A stretch of DNA of 64,000 nucleotides from Lingula anatina (lineage: Eukaryota > Animalia > Brachiopoda), in NCBI GenBank assembly GCA_051362555.1, contig CM120640.1, positions 67,558,788 through 67,622,787 of the forward strand, written 5' to 3'. Made by a program: the position numbers and the translations under genes. Of this stretch, positions 59,615 to 64,000 are shown one piece after another (positions within the stretch are counted from its first letter, which is position 1; each line of letters opens with the position of its first letter). The notes below the pieces were generated by a model that was not told where the DNA came from, ran no database searches, and was given only the letters and a program-made list of their open reading frames with translations.

Positions 59615-61276
59615 CAGACTTGACATTAAATATGGAATATTTTTTTCGAAATAATTTTTCATCAGTTTTTTCCTGTTTTGCTGACTGATAAATGAAAATA
59701 AGGATTAATATCGTGTTTTAATAACTTTAAATTATCTCTTTGATGTCATTGTGACATCAGTTCATTAATGGAATTTGCCAGAGAAGCAAACAAAAACACA
59801 TTGCCTATTTTATGTCATACGACTCCCATTAAAAGAGATATTTTGGATCTCCATATTTTCCAAATTATCGTCTGTAAAAGGGTAATACGCTCCACAAAAG
59901 ACCCTCATGTCAGTTGCTAGTCACAGTAATGCTCGTTGTTACGCCTGGCCTCTTCGTGGCTGTTGCCAGCGCTCTCAAGCGGCAAGGCATTTCTTGGGGG
60001 TAGGTTTTTAGAGTTCAATCTGGAATAGCATTCCAGGCATCGGTCTAAAATTGTCCAATCTGGTCCAGTTTTGGTGTAGGACATGTAGGCAGTTGATTGG
60101 TGAATAATGGTCTACCGAAATATTGTCAATGTGGTTCAAATGTGGCGATTTTGATGACCAGGGTAGCTGCTCATTTCCTTGGTTCTGTAAGTTATCTGCT
60201 ATTAAAAGTGCTCTGTGTGAACCATCAACCTCATCGTGCAACTTAGACTTGTCCCTAAGGTGCCCCCTATCAAATGATAGTCAAGTGGTTCCGAGATTAT
60301 TCCTTTATTTGATCTGGTTCAGGTTTTCGTCGATGACTACCATTGGTGTTTTGGCACCAATGTGGAATCTACTCCAAATATTGACGCTGTCAATCACCCT
60401 TGTCACTTTAGACCCGGCATATGCTTCGTCGTAGGCCTCTTCTGGATATCTGTAAACTCTGTTTTGACTAATTGGGCGGTACAGGTGAAATCTGACCTCA
60501 ATAAAGAAAGCCACGCAGTTTCAGTGTTCTACCCAGAATCGTTCATGGCCCCCAATTCATTAGAGAAACAGTTGACGATGTTTTGCTGTATACAGTGGGT
60601 ACCTCGGAGGTCATTTGGTGTTCTAACCTGCTAAAACCAGTTTGGTGTTCGCTAAGGGCTTTGAAAAAGGCATTTTAGTGGCAATTTACCCCTCGTTCTG
60701 AACGGACTAAATGTTTTTTGTTTAGTTGCAGCAGCGTATCCCGATAGACAGTGGGTCCTGTACCCTGTAGGTAAAATTTTGATACATTGGGGGTGACCTC
60801 TGTGTAGGTACATCAGTCTGGGCATTACTCTATAAAACTGTGGGGACCGTTCCGTTTGGCGCTATGATCTGTCTGGTTATGTTTGTCTTTTTTGCGCCAT
60901 TCTGCCTTAGATTAACAACTTTGTAATGCACTACTTGACTCATTTTACGCACTGCAAAACTGACCGCTTGCATGCAAAATTTCAAATTCTTCTATGCAGT
61001 AGTTGTCGAAATATGGATACTTTTTTGACAAAACCAAGCTTTGCCTAAGCCAAGCTTTGATCAGCCCAAAGGAACACTACCAAATTAAATCACTGCAAAT
61101 CACATAATGTAGCAGTGCAATAGGCATGAAAGTCAGTTAATTGGTAGTGACAAACCTGACTGCACACTTTTACATTCACAAATCTTACATGAGATAGGAG
61201 TTTTTTGAAAAAAGAACGTATTTTTACCTAGGTATACCTTCGAAACTGAAATATTCCATATTAAATGTCAAGTCTG
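59615..61276 (-). mobile_element. Decayed Tc1/mariner element (1662 bp)
   Basis: TIR cagacttgacattaaatatggaatattt / aaatattccatattaaatgtcaagtctg and TA TSD (59613-59614, 61277-61278). Absent from copy 1 at about 22565. Confidence 0.88.
60008..60900 (-). pseudogene. Tc1-family transposase remnant
   Basis: FFIEVRFHLY...RVYR...SVNIWSRF...KTPMVVIDENLN resembles FSDESRF...SVMVWG...GNLN. LPWSSKSPHLNHIDNI resembles WPA.SPDLNPIE. Multiple disruptions; boundaries approximate. Confidence 0.75.
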
Positions 61277-64000
61277 TATATAAACTTAAAATATCTTTTA
61301 AGTCAAGTCTATACTCAAGCACTCTATACTCTTTACTCATGAAAGTAGCATCTGTGAGTAAAACCATTTTATTATATCAATAGAAGAACAAAAACAAAAA
61401 TTTTACACATAAGCAGTAATAAATGAAGTCATAAGAATGATTAAGTTGCTACAGTTTTCCAGTTTTATGCAGTCTATGATGGCATTTTTTTCAACCGTGC
61501 AAATAGAAATAATTATATTCTTTTTTATCTGACTTGCTGATACCAGTCTGTGCCAGATACTATTCCACTTACAGGCCAGCAAGGTCTGAGAATCTAATGG
61601 GCCGAATGAAAAAAAAAATCCTAGAAGATAAAGTGGTTAATTCTTACAAATAGGATGAAAAACATGGGATTTTCAAAAGGTTATTATAGATCAAGACAAC
61701 ACTTAGTAAGAACATTTATAAAATGTAACAGCTGAAAAAATTAACTGGTAAGTAAGCAGTAAGTGACTGCTTTAAAGAAATTTCACTGAAACAGAAATTT
61801 CAATGGCAATCAGGTAGACTGTTATACCATGGCACTCAACAATTTATATATAGGTTTTGAATTTTTTTCCACGTAACAGTAACATAAAATTTATGTCCAC
61901 TTTTGCAATGTATAGAGTCAGTTAGGTGACTGAAAATATTTTAAAATGTCATAAAGGAGCACTATTAATTTAATGCAATCTCTGTTGGCCAGTCTTATCC
62001 AGTTTCTTCTCCAAAAAGGACAACTCAAGTGAGAATTTCTTCAGGGCCTTTTCTTCTGCCTTGCTAATGCCATGCCACTCAGAAAAGAGAGAAACCTGTA
62101 GGTTAGAAAAAAAAACATAATTATAGCATTATGAACTACTAGTATCCATGTAGACATTATGGAATTATACAGTGAAGTTTAATGTGTCTTGTTATGACTT
62201 GACTGAAATAATGTTCACCACATAAATGAACAATTTACAACTAAATTTATATAGAACATCAAGATTCATGATCACAAGCTAATAAACCCAAGAAATTGAA
62301 AGAAATTGTACTTATTACAAGAAATTATTTAAATCCGCCCTGGTCCCTACTCTTCTGACAGGACAAAAAGGGGATTTCAGAGAGGCTGGTTGCTAAAAGG
62401 AAAATGCCCAAGGTTGTTGTATTTTGAAAAAAAAAATTAAAAAGGGTACTGTTGTTAGTGAATGTTTACTGCATCTTAGGCATTATGACAAAAGTAACTT
62501 ACCCCAGACACACTGACCTCCTTTTTTCATTGACATATTTTAATTTTTTCCAGCCTGACCATAATTCATATATTCAATGCAGCCTTCTCCCATATCTATA
62601 ATAGAAAAAAAATTGAGTAGTGTTAAGATATGCATGTCAAATTCATTATCAATTTTGAGAGAATTTGTTTCAACACTACAAGATGAAATATTTAATTTCA
62701 AGTAATGAATAAACCTTAATAGAGTTCTATTCTTTTGTAACCACCAAGGCAAAGCTTCTTTCTTAAAATGAACTGAAACATCCAAGCTTGTCACCTAACA
62801 TGCCAAAGTAGTGAAGTATAATTTAAGTAGAGAAGCAAGTACCCCTTAATTATAGAGGTGTCTTACACAATAAGGTGTGTCTTACACACCTCGACTCAAA
62901 GAGAGATGTGTAGTGAGATAACAGGTAAAGTAATTGGTGGAGCCTAGGTGAACTTAAAACCCCAAGACTTTAAATTAAGAAGCACCAGGATTCATGTGTG
63001 TTCTTTTTTCAAAGGTTTAATATGAATTAAAACATATATATGTAAAAAGAAGACTAAATAAGTTAAAAATAACTATACCAAAGACACTGTGAAGTCAAAC
63101 TTCCTGTTAGACCGCCATGATGGAAAATGCTGGGTGGAGGCAAAATTTTCCAGTCAAAAAAACTGAGCACTTTACTTTAACAACAAAGTTACCACTCCAA
63201 AGCCACCCACCATGGTGAGAAGAAAAATGATGACCAACTGTCATGATAAGTCTTTTTAGATTTAGACATGAAAAAGGTAACGGCCAAAATGGTACATTTA
63301 CCCATAACACTAGAGTAAAAAATTGGTATTCTGAACAAATCGGGTTATTTTTTTCAAGAAATATTGGAGCAGTATCCATGCAATATATACCACGCCACGA
63401 CCAAGATGTTCAAGAATCTAAACACACCAAATTTTTTTATAATCTTGCATTTGAAAAGTACAAAAAGCGGTAAGGCTTTTGGCCGTAACAAGCGTAACAC
63501 TTTTTGATCGGAACTCATGAAAATTGTCAATTGTCGTATCCAAGCTAGACCACATGTAAAATCGCAAAAAAAAAACAATACTGCTCAAGCAAGTGTGTTG
63601 CACACATAACAATTAGTTAAATTTTATGACTGTCATGTGACACAAGTTTCAAAAAGTAGGAGGAAAATGTCTTTTGGAGTAATTTTTTTTTCGAAATATT
63701 AACAAGATGGCGGCTTAAGCATCTGCTTGTTCTTCGGCTACTGAAAGTGCACCTAAGTTTTATTCTTTGCTATTGCCACAAATTACTTAACAATTGCAAC
63801 TGTATAAAGACCAAACTTTCTTCATCTGATACTATATTTATAGGCACTTGTTATGAGTGGGAAATATTTTTCGTGCAATATTTATTCTCCACACACCACC
63901 TCGCGAGATCAACGTGTAGCTGGACACTTACACAGTGAGACCCTACGACATAAAAGTTGCAATTTATCTTCATATTTCGTGTAGTTATGCATTTAAAAGC

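Larger units (their letters stand above)
58727..64000 (-). mobile_element. P-like non-autonomous element, copy 2 (inverted, runs off window)
   Basis: Begins with the same 31-bp TIR. Reverse complement of 23453-22447, 18165-16046 and 6549-6089. Lacks the Gypsy and HINE inserts. Confidence 0.9.

Overview
AT-rich eukaryotic DNA with GT-AG introns, most likely from an invertebrate animal. The only host gene is at the left edge (11-4005): the 3' part of a spliced ROCO-family gene (Roc GTPase, COR, C-terminal Death domain). Its GTPase domain is split between G1/G2 and G3 by a ~330-aa insert with roughly 9-10 hydrophobic, glycine-rich helices, which is the most unusual item in the window. Most of the remaining ~60 kb is nested transposons whose boundaries can be read to the base from TIRs, LTRs, TSDs and empty sites. 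(i) A P-like non-autonomous element (5811-23453, 7-bp TSD) carries a Gypsy with identical 92-bp LTRs and no integrase core. That Gypsy is split in gag by a 6-kb Mutator-like element, and the P-like element also holds a Helentron-type HINE with satellite arrays. (ii) An IS3EU-like element. (iii) An ISL2EU-like long-TIR element interrupted by an intron-containing Ginger (integrase plus PHD remnant). (iv) More HINE copies, including a head-to-tail 1601-bp concatemer. (v) An RTE-X-like LINE interrupted in its endonuclease by a nearly intact DIRS element with a complete ICR. (vi) A second, inverted copy of the P-like element carrying a decayed Tc1. All superfamily names are inferred by eye from termini, TSDs and protein motifs; no database searches were run.
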